IMG/VR virus record: IMGVR_UViG_3300025382_000013
Coordinates: 1 to 50,987 of that record
Source: a virus
Lineage: Duplodnaviria > Caudoviricetes
Strand: one strand, 5' to 3'
DNA: 50,987 nt
Shown: positions 9,482-19,365 of the stretch, in pieces
Position numbering within the stretch: the first letter of the stretch is position 1
How the letters are laid out: each line of letters opens with the position of its first letter
Program-made: the position numbers and the translations under genes
The notes under the pieces: generated by a model
What the model saw: only the letters and a program-made list of their open reading frames with translations
Database searches by the model: none
What the model was told of the DNA's origin: nothing

Positions 9482-10303
9482 TTAGAACTGTGTCCAATCA
9501 AATGTAATTGGGTCTGCCTGCTTAAACTCAGGAGTCTTTGCAGGCAACGGTTGGGCGTTGATTAGACTGTTGGCCAATTGTGTACGAGCTTGAACATTTT
9601 TTTGTCCTAATACTATAACACCATAGAGCCTATGATCCTTTTCTACCAACATGAGTACGCAACGGCCAGCAGGATTGGTAAAGCCTGTCTTACTAATTAA
9701 AATGTTATCAAACTTAAAAATGCTAGGATTGGTATTGTGCAAAAGAATGTGTAGTACTTTTTTGCCTTTTGGAACAACAATCTCTGCTGTACGGTCATCG
9801 GCCATACTACGAATAGTGGGATTATTGGCAATCATAGAAAGGAATCGAATCAAATCGTCTGCTGTGCTTTTATTGCTTTCACTTAGTCCTGTGGCATCAT
9901 CTAAATGTGTATGGATAAGGCCATGTCCAAGTATATATTGATCCCTGTCCATAACAAACTGAACAAAACCTCCTGGGTGGGTCATCGCCAGTGTTTCCGC
10001 CGCCCTATTATCACTAGAGACCAGCATGGCATGCATAAGATCATTACGACTTACCATCATACCTACAGGAAAGTGTCCTCCACTGCGTCCTTGCACCTTG
10101 ACCTTTTCCGTCATTTCAGCACCACTTCGAAGTACTGTGATAGCAGTAAACAGTTTGGTTATACTGGCCACAGGACGAATCTGTTCTATGTTGTAGGCCA
10201 CTTGATACTCGCCACGCTCATAGTCATATAACGCATAGCTACCTTCAGCATGCACAGTACCACAAAATAGTAATAGTAATAATAGTCGTTTCATTAGGGC
10301 CAC
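9482..10303 (-). CDS. Serine D-Ala-D-Ala peptidase (S11, PBP7/PbpG-like)
   Basis: SITK (SxxK), SDN (SxN), KTG motifs and signal peptide. Confidence 0.9.
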   Translation of the reverse strand: MALMKRLLLLLLFCGTVHAEGSYALYDYERGEYQVAYNIEQIRPVASITKLFTAITVLRSGAEMTEKVKVQGRSGGHFPVGMMVSRNDLMHAMLVSSDNRAAETLAMTHPGGFVQFVMDRDQYILGHGLIHTHLDDATGLSESNKSTADDLIRFLSMIANNPTIRSMADDRTAEIVVPKGKKVLHILLHNTNPSIFKFDNILISKTGFTNPAGRCVLMLVEKDHRLYGVIVLGQKNVQARTQLANSLINAQPLPAKTPEFKQADPITFDWTQF

Positions 10304-10587
10304 ATCATTTTATATATAGTATATAGTTTATCATCGCGGAACATGAAAACAAATTGTCGTTTGGGTGTAACTCCGCCTGCTTGGAATGGCAGCTCAGCAC
10401 CAAACCATTTGCCAGCCCATGCATCAGGATACAGTTGTGAATATCTAGGACCAAAGGTATCTCTACACCAATTGGCACGCTCTTGGCATTCTCGAACTGA
10501 TAGATCAGTCATGTCATGTATCCAACCTTCCTGTTTAAGTTGCATGGCCAATTGCATTTCTTCTCGTTCGTGTGGTATTGCCATCAT
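10294..10587 (-). CDS. Small paralogous-family protein
   Basis: WC..TFG ... FMFRDDK.YT.Y.MMW. Confidence 0.6.
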   Translation of the reverse strand: MMAIPHEREEMQLAMQLKQEGWIHDMTDLSVRECQERANWCRDTFGPRYSQLYPDAWAGKWFGAELPFQAGGVTPKRQFVFMFRDDKLYTIYKMMWP

Positions 10588-10781
10588 GTTCTCAATTCAA
10601 ACCAAATCCAATCTCGTTCATCTCTGAAGTATATCTTATTACCGTTATAAAACCAACGGGTGCCTGGACGACCAAATGACTCTACTAAACAATCGTGTAC
10701 CAGTGTACGATCGTTGACTTCTACCACAGTATATTCGTGTTCTAATAATAAGTTGGCATGTAGTGGTATCATGTTCGGCAC
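10584..10781 (-). CDS. Small paralogous-family protein
   Basis: SFG.P..RW ... IYFRDERDWIWFELR. Confidence 0.6.
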   Translation of the reverse strand: MPNMIPLHANLLLEHEYTVVEVNDRTLVHDCLVESFGRPGTRWFYNGNKIYFRDERDWIWFELRT

Positions 10782-11152
10782 AGTTCCAATAAGGTACAGT
10801 AATGCTGATAGGCTTTTTCTACAGCAGGATTCTGTAGCCTAACAATACGATCTCGTTCATATCTAGCCATCAGCTGGCGATCAGTTGTATGCTTTTCTAT
10901 TTCAGATTCTGCATATTTGATATAGTCAATAATAGTTTGTAGTCTATCTTTGGGCATGAGTATTTCTACGCAAGGCACTTCTTCTGCGTATGCTTGTTGA
11001 TACAACAGTTCGTCGGACATAGTGACATCCCAGGCGTTTACTTGCGGCAATGATTGTTGTTTGAGTCTACGCAATGGGCGATTGCTGGGTATAACATGCA
11101 TTTCCATTTGATTGTAAAAGTTCTGATTAGGATCTCTCATATTGTTCCCCAA
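10769..11152 (-). CDS. Hypothetical protein
   Basis: Operon ORF with NPAVEKAY motif. Confidence 0.6.
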   Translation of the reverse strand: MGNNMRDPNQNFYNQMEMHVIPSNRPLRRLKQQSLPQVNAWDVTMSDELLYQQAYAEEVPCVEILMPKDRLQTIIDYIKYAESEIEKHTTDRQLMARYERDRIVRLQNPAVEKAYQHYCTLLELCRT

Positions 11153-11466
11153 CGCAACTTAAACCAATTAGCATCCTTAGCATTTTCAAAGATAAAGTCC
11201 CTGCCACTGCGCTCATATGGGCTTTTACAGTTGTCCTCTAACCACGTAATAATATCAACAGCCATATAAGCATCGCCTAAGGTAGGTAGCATAACACGAT
11301 GCCAGCCCATACCTTCAAGCATACCCCAAAGGATTTCTCTGTCAATTTCATCTGACATTTGTTTGGCTTTGGCTTCTAATATCTCTTGTTCCAAAATATA
11401 GTTTTGACTTTCAACCCATTTACCCATGTTGGCTAGTGCTTCTGGACTATAGTTTAAGATGTCCAT
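11137..11466 (-). CDS. Small paralogous-family protein
   Basis: Ends FIFENAKDANWFKLRWG. Start uncertain. Confidence 0.6.
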   Translation of the reverse strand: MDILNYSPEALANMGKWVESQNYILEQEILEAKAKQMSDEIDREILWGMLEGMGWHRVMLPTLGDAYMAVDIITWLEDNCKSPYERSGRDFIFENAKDANWFKLRWGTI

Positions 11467-11813
11467 TTTAATAAAAACATAGTAATTTGTTTTTCGCTGG
11501 AGAACTGCCAAACATTAAAACTGGTGCGTACTCCGCAGTTACATTCTGTGCTCCATGCCTGTACGGGATCCATGTCATCTTCTCGTAGTCCACGCTCAAA
11601 TCCTCTGGGCTGTATTTCATCAACATAGGCTTGTAGTTTAAGTCCTGGCAAGCGTTGCCATTTAATTTTAGGTGCGGGTGACATAACTTTTAGCCAATAA
11701 TTGATAAAGTCCGCATTCCAAATACTTTTACCATGTTGACGTCCGGTAATCTGCACTACTCCGCGGCCTTTGTATCGATAATCTGTTCCAGCCATGGTCG
11801 ACATCCTTTCCAA
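11454..11813 (-). CDS. Small paralogous-family protein
   Basis: Ends WQFSSEKQITMFLLKW. Confidence 0.6.
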   Translation of the reverse strand: MERMSTMAGTDYRYKGRGVVQITGRQHGKSIWNADFINYWLKVMSPAPKIKWQRLPGLKLQAYVDEIQPRGFERGLREDDMDPVQAWSTECNCGVRTSFNVWQFSSEKQITMFLLKWTS

Positions 11814-12268
11814 GTTCTATAGATATGTGCCAGTCCTCCAGCCTTTTCCCATTCCATACAGTTGCTTGTACGATCATCGATTAAGATATCACCAGGCTGA
11901 CAGTGCATCCACTTGTCGTGACTGTAAGGTCCTATGAATACGGGAATGCCTGGATAATAGTGTTGTGCCCATTGCACTTTATCCCATACTGCCCAACCCA
12001 TATCATTGTTATGTGGCAATGCTGACAGGAATCTTACTTCGCTGGCATGTCCTTTTAATACTAGATCACGACAATATTCAACTAGTTCATCGGCACCTTC
12101 TTTGAGAGGCAAGTCTCTATAGAAACGACTATTGCGTTTTAGTTCTTGCCATTTCTCATCTGGAATACGGGCCCACTGATCACCGTTGGGGAATTTTAGT
12201 TGTAGGAAATCTTCGGCGGCTGTGCGCCAATCGGCTACAACATCATCCATGTCCAAGTATATAATCAT
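11756..12268 (-). CDS. 5'(3')-deoxyribonucleotidase (HAD, NT5C-like)
   Basis: IYLDMDDVVAD (DxD), LSA, K..W, ILIDD...N...W...GG. Confidence 0.85.
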   Translation of the reverse strand: MIIYLDMDDVVADWRTAAEDFLQLKFPNGDQWARIPDEKWQELKRNSRFYRDLPLKEGADELVEYCRDLVLKGHASEVRFLSALPHNNDMGWAVWDKVQWAQHYYPGIPVFIGPYSHDKWMHCQPGDILIDDRTSNCMEWEKAGGLAHIYRTWKGCRPWLEQIIDTKAAE

Positions 12269-12489
12269 TCTGTTTCTTTATCAGTGTTAGGAATGTGCTC
12301 ACTCCATCTAAGAATAAACCATTCTCTGTGTGCTTCTTTTTTGAAGCTCCATAAAAATTCATTCATGCTCATGCCCACACCTTCTGCTTCAGCCCAGGCC
12401 TGCATTTCAGTTAGGAGTTCAGGAGAGAGCTGTCCTTTATCAAAAGCCAGTCCAGGCAATCTGAACATGCCAACTTCTACATGTTTCAT
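12265..12489 (-). CDS. Small paralogous-family protein
   Basis: Ends WSFKKEAHREWFILRWS. Confidence 0.6.
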   Translation of the reverse strand: MKHVEVGMFRLPGLAFDKGQLSPELLTEMQAWAEAEGVGMSMNEFLWSFKKEAHREWFILRWSEHIPNTDKETE

Positions 12490-12752
12490 ACGGGATTAGG
12501 ATCTGGTTTTACAAAGTAAGGTGCGCGATCTCTATAGCCTTCATGTTGAAATCCTGCTGTATTGAGCATGTCCAATAGTCCAGCCAAGTTTTCTTTTTTA
12601 ACAAATCCTGCTACCTTAACTCCGTTTGAAGAGTCGATAGTTTGATACTCCATTGTCTCGGGAGGAGTATATGTTTCTGTTGCTGTCAACTGATGTTTGA
12701 AGTATTCAGTTAACTGTTCTAGTGTCATCTTTGTTTCCATTTTATTCTCCAT
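12486..12752 (-). CDS. Hypothetical protein
   Basis: Operon ORF. Confidence 0.5.
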   Translation of the reverse strand: MENKMETKMTLEQLTEYFKHQLTATETYTPPETMEYQTIDSSNGVKVAGFVKKENLAGLLDMLNTAGFQHEGYRDRAPYFVKPDPNPV

Positions 12753-12965
12753 TTAATATCCAGGTGCTGAATAGTCTTTATGTTTTTTATATAGTGCAAA
12801 TCCATCTGCACCATAGGCAGGACAGACAAGCACATATTCCTTCATACCATCTGCACCTTCTTGTCCGGCAGTACCACATATGAATGGACGATCAACTCCG
12901 TAGAGGCGCTTGAGCTCTTCTACGAGCCTAGCGTTTTCCTGTTTGAGTTGTTCTAGTTCATCCAT
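12753..12965 (-). CDS. Hypothetical protein
   Basis: Operon ORF with FICG..G...VCPAYG motif. Confidence 0.55.
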   Translation of the reverse strand: MDELEQLKQENARLVEELKRLYGVDRPFICGTAGQEGADGMKEYVLVCPAYGADGFALYKKHKDYSAPGY

Positions 12966-13314
12966 TTAGATATTCCGAATACTTTAATAAAAACATAGTA
13001 TACTTTCTTTCATTATAGAAATCAAGTCTGATTGAGAACTCATGCTTTTTATCTCGATACCAACCGTCCTGACTAGTGTCTAACCAATCAGGGCCTGGAG
13101 GTTGGGGATCAACTTTGATCCATTCTCCGTGTTCACGTACGGTAAATCCCAACACTTCCCGCATTTTCTTTTTGAGCATGAACACACTCTTTGGATATTC
13201 TTTATGCAGTTCATCTCGAATGGAACGCCATTGTTTAGGTGTTAATTTGAGTGTACTCACTGAAGTCTCGTTCTTCCCAGCATTTAGCCTCGTAGTTCCA
13301 ATGACGTGTGTCAT
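12958..13314 (-). CDS. Small paralogous-family protein
   Basis: Ends LDFYNERKYTMFLLKY. True start probably further downstream. Confidence 0.55.
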   Translation of the reverse strand: MTHVIGTTRLNAGKNETSVSTLKLTPKQWRSIRDELHKEYPKSVFMLKKKMREVLGFTVREHGEWIKVDPQPPGPDWLDTSQDGWYRDKKHEFSIRLDFYNERKYTMFLLKYSEYLNG

Positions 13315-13549
13315 AGATTAAGAAATGTATTCCATAACCTAGAATACCAATGCCAAATTCAAAGCCTGCATGATCTTCTCTAGTACTAAGACGTAGCTCG
13401 CAATCAAACAACATAGGACTGTAATAGCTGTGTTCTAATTCCCAAGCTGTATATCGGCCTATAAGGCCACTGATACAACCCAAGTTGTTAAAATAGTCCC
13501 ACTGATCAAATGGATTTTGTAGTTCAATTCGAATGTTTAAGATTTTCAT
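13235..13549 (-). CDS. Hypothetical protein
   Basis: DHAG...YD.RHW motif. Confidence 0.55.
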   Translation of the reverse strand: MKILNIRIELQNPFDQWDYFNNLGCISGLIGRYTAWELEHSYYSPMLFDCELRLSTREDHAGFEFGIGILGYGIHFLIYDTRHWNYEAKCWEERDFSEYTQINT

Positions 13550-13652
13550 AGCATAATTGAAAACAAGAAAATTAAAAAAGCTATAACAGGATTGCCTGTC
13601 AGCAGAGCGAACATGGCCAATATAGTTCCAAAGAACACTTTTGAATCATCCA

Positions 13653-14096
13653 TTATGGGCTTGTCATGGGTGCTTGCACTTCCATGCCTGCGTTATCATC
13701 TTCTTCGCCTACTAGTTTATCCAGCATTTTGAAATCGGCCACAGCCTTGTCGATGTCTGCATTAAGCCTTTCTTCTGCACGTATGATAGCTTCATAGGCT
13801 TTCTTTAGGCTAGGATGTTCTTCAGCACGGCGTTTCAAATAAGCCAGCTCTCGCTTTTGTTCTTGTTCTTTGGCCTGCTTGTCACGTACCCAACTAACAA
13901 TACTGGAGTCCATACGTACGGTAGCATAGCTAGTGGGCAAGTTAGTCCAATTACCATTGTTATAGTATTGTATATCACTACCGTTTAATCTCAGCACACC
14001 ACTAAAGCTATCGCCCTGCTGAGGGCTGTGATATGGCAATGCGTTGTTGCCGCTTTCTACAAAGACTCCGTCTGAGCCCATTAGTCCTTTGATCAT
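13653..14096 (-). CDS. Hypothetical protein (C-terminal coiled coil)
   Basis: Operon ORF with HPSLKKAYE motif. Confidence 0.6.
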   Translation of the reverse strand: MIKGLMGSDGVFVESGNNALPYHSPQQGDSFSGVLRLNGSDIQYYNNGNWTNLPTSYATVRMDSSIVSWVRDKQAKEQEQKRELAYLKRRAEEHPSLKKAYEAIIRAEERLNADIDKAVADFKMLDKLVGEEDDNAGMEVQAPMTSP

Positions 14097-14338
14097 TTGC
14101 GTAGTTCCTTTATATCTTTATACTGTACACGAACAAATGACATGTGTACAGAGTCTTTGGTTTTCAAGGGCAAGTCTAAATGTACACAAACCATTGGTCC
14201 TTCTTGTAGACTGCGAATGTTATCTGTGCCTACTGTACCTACAAATGGCACGCCTTGATAAACACCGCCTACCCTATCACCAAATTGGTACTTGGGTTTA
14301 GCAACGGTACGTTCAAAATAATCTGTTAGATTGCTCAT
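14093..14338 (-). CDS. Hypothetical protein (SH3/KOW-like)
   Basis: GDRV.G....PFVG.V beta-rich pattern. Confidence 0.55.
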   Translation of the reverse strand: MSNLTDYFERTVAKPKYQFGDRVGGVYQGVPFVGTVGTDNIRSLQEGPMVCVHLDLPLKTKDSVHMSFVRVQYKDIKELRK

Positions 14339-14634
14339 TCAGCACTCCAAGTTAAAACAAACCAATTCAATTCTTTTTCTGATTGAAAGTACAATCTTTT
14401 GGCACCATCTTGTGTATGCCAAGCCCATCGTCCCATGGCATAATGATCACTGCCTAACTCAATGGCAATCTCACGTTCCATACCTGGGCCCCAAGTGTTC
14501 CAGCACCATGTGCGCCATTCAAAGAACTTGATCTTATCTTTGAGTTGACTAGACCAAATCGGTTGGATATAATGGGTAAATTGCTTGTACCCTTTATGCC
14601 GTCTATCCAATCGAGTTACTGTAAATGCTTTCAT
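14335..14634 (-). CDS. Small paralogous-family protein
   Basis: WCW.TWG ... LYFQSEKELNWFVLTWS. Confidence 0.6.
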   Translation of the reverse strand: MKAFTVTRLDRRHKGYKQFTHYIQPIWSSQLKDKIKFFEWRTWCWNTWGPGMEREIAIELGSDHYAMGRWAWHTQDGAKRLYFQSEKELNWFVLTWSAE

Positions 14635-14761
14635 ACTGATATGGTTTTAATACAAGGTTGTTCACTAGGCACATCAAAATCTATGTAGTCAATTATGACA
14701 GCAAAGATTAGGCAGGCCAGAATAAATCCTAACCAAAATTCTCTAGTGAACACCTTGCGTT

Positions 14762-14962
14762 TCATTTAGGGCCGCCTGCTACGGGGAACAAACGTTCTCC
14801 TTCAAACGGAATAGTAAAATCAATACCATAGTACTGTGCCAGGCCTTTGACTATTTCATGTCTAGCACACTCCTGGATGTTTTTGTCCCAAGTGGTGTAT
14901 GAACAACGATTGATGTTCATGTTTACAATAGTTTCTAATACATCTTTAATTTCTACTTGCAT
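14762..14962 (-). CDS. Hypothetical protein
   Basis: Operon ORF. Confidence 0.5.
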   Translation of the reverse strand: MQVEIKDVLETIVNMNINRCSYTTWDKNIQECARHEIVKGLAQYYGIDFTIPFEGERLFPVAGGPK

Positions 14963-14963
14963 T

Positions 14964-15155
14964 TTAATCCTTGTCTACTTCAACACAGTGGCGGGGCCAT
15001 GTGCCCTTTTGTATCCACATATCTTGATGCTGTTCCATAATTATGTTGTTGACACAAGCAACAACAGGTTCGGGCGTTGTAATGATAACATAAACTTGTC
15101 CAATAAACACAAAGGCCAGTAGAGCCATCATGCCTCTATATAACCATTCGCTCAT
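14964..15155 (-). CDS. Small membrane-anchored protein
   Basis: N-terminal TM helix. Confidence 0.5.
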   Translation of the reverse strand: MSEWLYRGMMALLAFVFIGQVYVIITTPEPVVACVNNIIMEQHQDMWIQKGTWPRHCVEVDKD

Positions 15156-15517
15156 GCTGTCTCCAATTCTTTAACGTGTTTACAAGTGCCGCGATAGGTA
15201 TATCCTGGGCAAGTACAAGTCTTAGCATCCACGTCCAAAATATACTTGGCGCCTTTAGAACCGTCAATTTCTTTTAGGTTGTTGCTGGTTTCTTGCGGAA
15301 CAACAACTGAAAAGATATCATCAAATGGATTGTCTTCCAGCTTCTCAAACTTACGTCCACGCTTGTCGATACGTATGGGTTTTTTGAAGAAAAAGGGTAC
15401 GCTGGTGCCAGTACGCATATAGCCCAGCATAAGGTCACCCTCTAGCAAATAGGTATGATTGATGGCTGTGTTGCCATCTTCCCAAACTGTTGTTTCTTTA
15501 TAGGCCTGCGCCATCAT
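15152..15517 (-). CDS. SWIM zinc-finger protein
   Basis: CTCPGYTYRGTCKH. AGGAG RBS and TTGACT-N17-TACAAT promoter upstream. Confidence 0.7.
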   Translation of the reverse strand: MMAQAYKETTVWEDGNTAINHTYLLEGDLMLGYMRTGTSVPFFFKKPIRIDKRGRKFEKLEDNPFDDIFSVVVPQETSNNLKEIDGSKGAKYILDVDAKTCTCPGYTYRGTCKHVKELETA

Positions 15518-15558
15518 CTGCTCCTGATACTAGTTAACGTTCTAGTATTGTAGCAGGA

Positions 15559-17304
15559 TCAAGGCCTAAAGTCAATCAGTTCTTGGGTTATTTCTGCCAT
15601 TACTGGTTGCCAATCGTGTGGCTTGGCTTGCCTAAATATACGCATGGTTGGGTACCAAGGGCTGTCAGTCCTTCTCAAAAACCAACGCCAACAGGTGTCC
15701 AAACGGTTCAGCATCCAAACTGGACGACCCAGTGCGCCCGCAAGATGTACTGTACTGGTATCCACAGCTATTACCAAATCCATGTTGCTCACTAGGGCCG
15801 CTGTGTCACTCCAAGTCTTGACGTCATCCATCAAATTGACTATGGGCACAGTCACTTGAGCTAGTCTAGTTTTCAAATCGCTTTCTGCTGGATCACCCTT
15901 TTGGATTGAGTAAAATTCAATGTCGTCACGTTGCTCAGTCACCGACAATATCATCTGCTCAAACAGGCTCCAGTCACAGTTTCTACGATCATTCAAACTC
16001 CAAATATAGGGTTGGTCCTCTCTGTGTCCACCGTTCCAAACTAGACCCACTCGAATTTTATCCTTGTTGACTCGTTGACCCCATTCAGCTACCAGTTCCT
16101 CTCGAGGATTCAGATAGGGTATTTGATTGGGTATGGTCTGCATGGTGGTGCCCATGATGTCAGGCAAGCTGAGTAAAGGAACCCAAAAGTCCCAAGAGAC
16201 AGTGATATCCGACGCTGTAGACACCACCTGATCCACACCCTCGATATTGGCGGCCAGTTCCTCAAAGCCCTTGTCAGGATTGAATATAATAGTGCAGGTG
16301 GGCCAACGCTGTTTGACTAGAGTTAGATAACGGCAAAACTGTATGCTGTCTCCAATACCCTGTTCTCTACTGACTAGCAGTATCTTGCCCGCAATGTCCT
16401 CGCCCGACCACACACGACTTTCGGCAAAGACCTTGGGCATTTTAACCACGGCAAATCTGTGATTGTACAGGTGCCATGCATGTGGATACTGTCCAGTCAA
16501 CAGCATGCTGACACTGAGGTTGTAGGCATACTGCTGTTTCTTCAATGTGCTACGGGCCAACTGTATGGCACGTTCATAGCAGGGTATGCTGGCATTGGGT
16601 CTGCCTGTGTCTTTGAGTATGGCTCCGCGACTGTTGAACACGTCAGGGCTATTGGGATCAGCTTCTTCTGCACGAGTCAGCCACAATTGACTTTGGGCAT
16701 AGTCATTGCATTCTCTATAGGCATTGCTGAGATTGACCATACAGCCAGCGTGTCTGCTGTCTATGTCAAGACACTTGTGATAGCATTCAACAGCCTGTGC
16801 ATGGTCTCCGTTTTCCTGCCATGCTATGCCCAAATTGAACCAAGTCTGTGCTCGTTCAGGGCGCAGTTCAGCATAACGTAGAGCAAAGTCCAGGGCCTCT
16901 TTGTGACGTTTGAGTGCTATCATGGTCATGCCCATGTTGTTGATGGCATCAGGTAGGGTGTCATCCAATCTTAGAGCACTTTCAAGATCCTCTCTAGCTT
17001 CTTCATGTCGTTCCATGTCAGCTAAGACCACACTACGATTACAGTACCATTGTGCCACATTGGGCAACTGATTAATGGCTGAGGTAATCATGTCATAGGC
17101 TTCGTGGAATCGTTCCTGACTGTGACGTATGAGTCCCAATAGCTGTAGGCTCTGTGGTTCCCGGGGCCAGCGCCGTTGTATGTCCAGCAACTGTTGTTCA
17201 GCCTGTCCTATTTCACCCTGATTTTGTAGGTGACAGGCCTGCTCCAACTGCCTATGGAACAGCTTGTTGTTTTGTAGTTTTTGATGTAGACTTCTAGTGG
17301 CCAT
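15559..17304 (-). CDS. TPR-repeat + glycosyltransferase family 9-like protein
   Basis: Multiple TPRs, then EQG.GD.IQF.RY, LLSLP, VGLVW.G, DTAA....DLVI.VDT...HLAGALG.P.W, WRW......SPWYP.MR.FRQ. Confidence 0.85.
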   Translation of the reverse strand: MATRSLHQKLQNNKLFHRQLEQACHLQNQGEIGQAEQQLLDIQRRWPREPQSLQLLGLIRHSQERFHEAYDMITSAINQLPNVAQWYCNRSVVLADMERHEEAREDLESALRLDDTLPDAINNMGMTMIALKRHKEALDFALRYAELRPERAQTWFNLGIAWQENGDHAQAVECYHKCLDIDSRHAGCMVNLSNAYRECNDYAQSQLWLTRAEEADPNSPDVFNSRGAILKDTGRPNASIPCYERAIQLARSTLKKQQYAYNLSVSMLLTGQYPHAWHLYNHRFAVVKMPKVFAESRVWSGEDIAGKILLVSREQGIGDSIQFCRYLTLVKQRWPTCTIIFNPDKGFEELAANIEGVDQVVSTASDITVSWDFWVPLLSLPDIMGTTMQTIPNQIPYLNPREELVAEWGQRVNKDKIRVGLVWNGGHREDQPYIWSLNDRRNCDWSLFEQMILSVTEQRDDIEFYSIQKGDPAESDLKTRLAQVTVPIVNLMDDVKTWSDTAALVSNMDLVIAVDTSTVHLAGALGRPVWMLNRLDTCWRWFLRRTDSPWYPTMRIFRQAKPHDWQPVMAEITQELIDFRP

Positions 17305-18649
17305 ATCTCTCTGCCAATCTCTGTGACACTTGTTCTAGTATAGGTTGCCAATCACGCCATGCTGTTTGCCTGAATATTTCTACTGTAGGGTACCAGGGTG
17401 TAGCGTCGGTATAGCTGGCCCAACGCCAATCACCCATGCGTCTGTTAAGCAACCAAGTGGGTCGGGCCATGGCTCCTGCTAGATGTGCCACGCTGGTGTC
17501 CACTGTGATGACAAGATCCAAAGTGTCAATCACGGCTTGGGTATCGGCCCATGAGACCAATGAGGGCTGGGTCAGGCGGGAGTCCTTGGGTATGGGTCGT
17601 CCCGCCTGTAGGCTTACCCATTCAACATGAGGATAACGCTGAGCCTGCTGATCGACCCATGCCAAGAACAAGTCCTGGGGTACGTCCCTATCAGGTGGGG
17701 GTCTCAACCACAGCTCTTCAGTTTGTAGTCTCAGGCCTCCACTCCAACACACACCCACCCTACGAGGGCCACCCTCTTGATGGTTGCTATCCACATAGGC
17801 ACCCTCCCAGGGCACAGTTTGATAAAGGGTACCCAGAACCCAGGGCGCACTCATGAGCCCTAACCAATGAGTCCACACGGGCCACTCATCTGCATCAGTT
17901 ACGACATGATCCACTCCGGGCACTTGACGTGCTAGTTCAACTAGTTCAGGCTGTACAACTAGCGTAACGCTGTCAGCACCCTGTTGTTTGAACTCTGTGG
18001 CATAGCGCATGAACTGTATGGTATCACCCAAACCCTGTTCCCAATGTAGCAGTACACGACTGCCTGTAACTGTGTCTCGAGGTGTCATGGCCTGTTTCTC
18101 ACGCAATCTACTATCACTTATGCCATAGCCAGCACCAGCTCTAGCTTCGTGCATGCGAAATCCATTGGCATAGTCTCTATTGAGTAGGAGCAGGTGTGCG
18201 GCATTGACTTGATGTCGTGTGCGTAGATTCGCATCAACATCAGTGGCACGGCCCCAAGTGTCCATGGCTTCTTGAAACTGTTCTTGATCACGCAGTATTA
18301 GGGCTCGTATGTTAAGTGCTAGAGCACTAGCCCGAATAGAATCACTGGTGTCCAATAAAGCCAAGGCACGAAGATAGTCATGTTGTAGTCGTGCCACATC
18401 AGCACGATATATGACAGCATCTTGATCCTGCTGATTATTGGCAATTAACCAATCCAAATGCTCGATACTGTCTGACAATAGACCCTGTGCCATGAGGAGT
18501 CTAGCTAGATTGTGACGACAGCCCGTGTGATTGGGAAACTTGGTGAGTATTTCCTTGTAAATCTTGACAGCGTAGGGTGTTCTGCCATTGCTGTGATGTG
18601 CTACAGCCTTGGCATAGAGTTGATTGACATTGTGTGGTGTGGGTTTCAT
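17294..18649 (-). CDS. TPR-repeat + glycosyltransferase family 9-like protein (paralogue)
   Basis: Same GT motifs as neighbour. Start reassigned to MKPTPH, 6 nt after the -10 of a TTGACC-N17-TATAAT promoter (18656-18684). Confidence 0.85.
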   Translation of the reverse strand: MKPTPHNVNQLYAKAVAHHSNGRTPYAVKIYKEILTKFPNHTGCRHNLARLLMAQGLLSDSIEHLDWLIANNQQDQDAVIYRADVARLQHDYLRALALLDTSDSIRASALALNIRALILRDQEQFQEAMDTWGRATDVDANLRTRHQVNAAHLLLLNRDYANGFRMHEARAGAGYGISDSRLREKQAMTPRDTVTGSRVLLHWEQGLGDTIQFMRYATEFKQQGADSVTLVVQPELVELARQVPGVDHVVTDADEWPVWTHWLGLMSAPWVLGTLYQTVPWEGAYVDSNHQEGGPRRVGVCWSGGLRLQTEELWLRPPPDRDVPQDLFLAWVDQQAQRYPHVEWVSLQAGRPIPKDSRLTQPSLVSWADTQAVIDTLDLVITVDTSVAHLAGAMARPTWLLNRRMGDWRWASYTDATPWYPTVEIFRQTAWRDWQPILEQVSQRLAERYGH

Positions 18650-18861
18650 ACTGCTATTATATATGTGCCGAGTGTAAAGGTCAAGCGTTATTTTGGGCAT
18701 GCCGTTGTTACTTTGCCCGCGGAGCGGAGCGCAAAAATTCGGTAGCGATTTTTTTCTAAGGTCTAGAGCCTACTCGAAATCTCGTAGGCTAGCCATTCAT
18801 CAATGGGAAATGAGCGCCTTTCCCATTGACTCTGGGGCACTGACTGTGTTAATATACTCGA

Positions 18862-19101
18862 ATGATGTCCGGCAAAACCGTCCTCGCTTGGGTATTCCTA
18901 GCTCACGCTCTAAGTGGCTGTGCAGTGTATACTGGCGCGAGTGTTGTAAGCATGGGTACTACGGGTAAAAGCCTGACGGATCATAGTGCTAGTTTGGTTA
19001 CCAATGCTGACTGCAACATTTGGCGGGCTAGTATTGAACTGACATACTACTGTGAATATCTCCGTGATCCCGGCACTACTTATAATAGAACAGGGTTTTG
19101 A
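18862..19101 (+). CDS. Putative lipoprotein
   Basis: Signal peptide with LSGC lipobox. Confidence 0.55.
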   Translation: MMSGKTVLAWVFLAHALSGCAVYTGASVVSMGTTGKSLTDHSASLVTNADCNIWRASIELTYYCEYLRDPGTTYNRTGF

Positions 19102-19103
19102 CT

Positions 19104-19307
19104 ATGCGTGAACTAGCTCGAGAATGGATTAGATGGTATCGGAACTTGTATCCGATCCCTGGAAAGATCCTGGTTTGGCTAGTCTTAGCTATACTAGTGT
19201 ATGGTGTATTCGCATGGGTCACATTGGATAATGTAAGTCGTCCTAGACATCAAATACGTGTGACTCGTGGCATACAGGCAGTGAGCCAATTCTATGATCA
19301 CAATTGA
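19104..19307 (+). CDS. Small membrane protein
   Basis: Single TM helix. Confidence 0.5.
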   Translation: MRELAREWIRWYRNLYPIPGKILVWLVLAILVYGVFAWVTLDNVSRPRHQIRVTRGIQAVSQFYDHN

Positions 19308-19365
19308 TTGAGTTTTGAGCTAACGCCATTAAAGTTTTTAGTGAGCACATAGTAAATACTCAACT

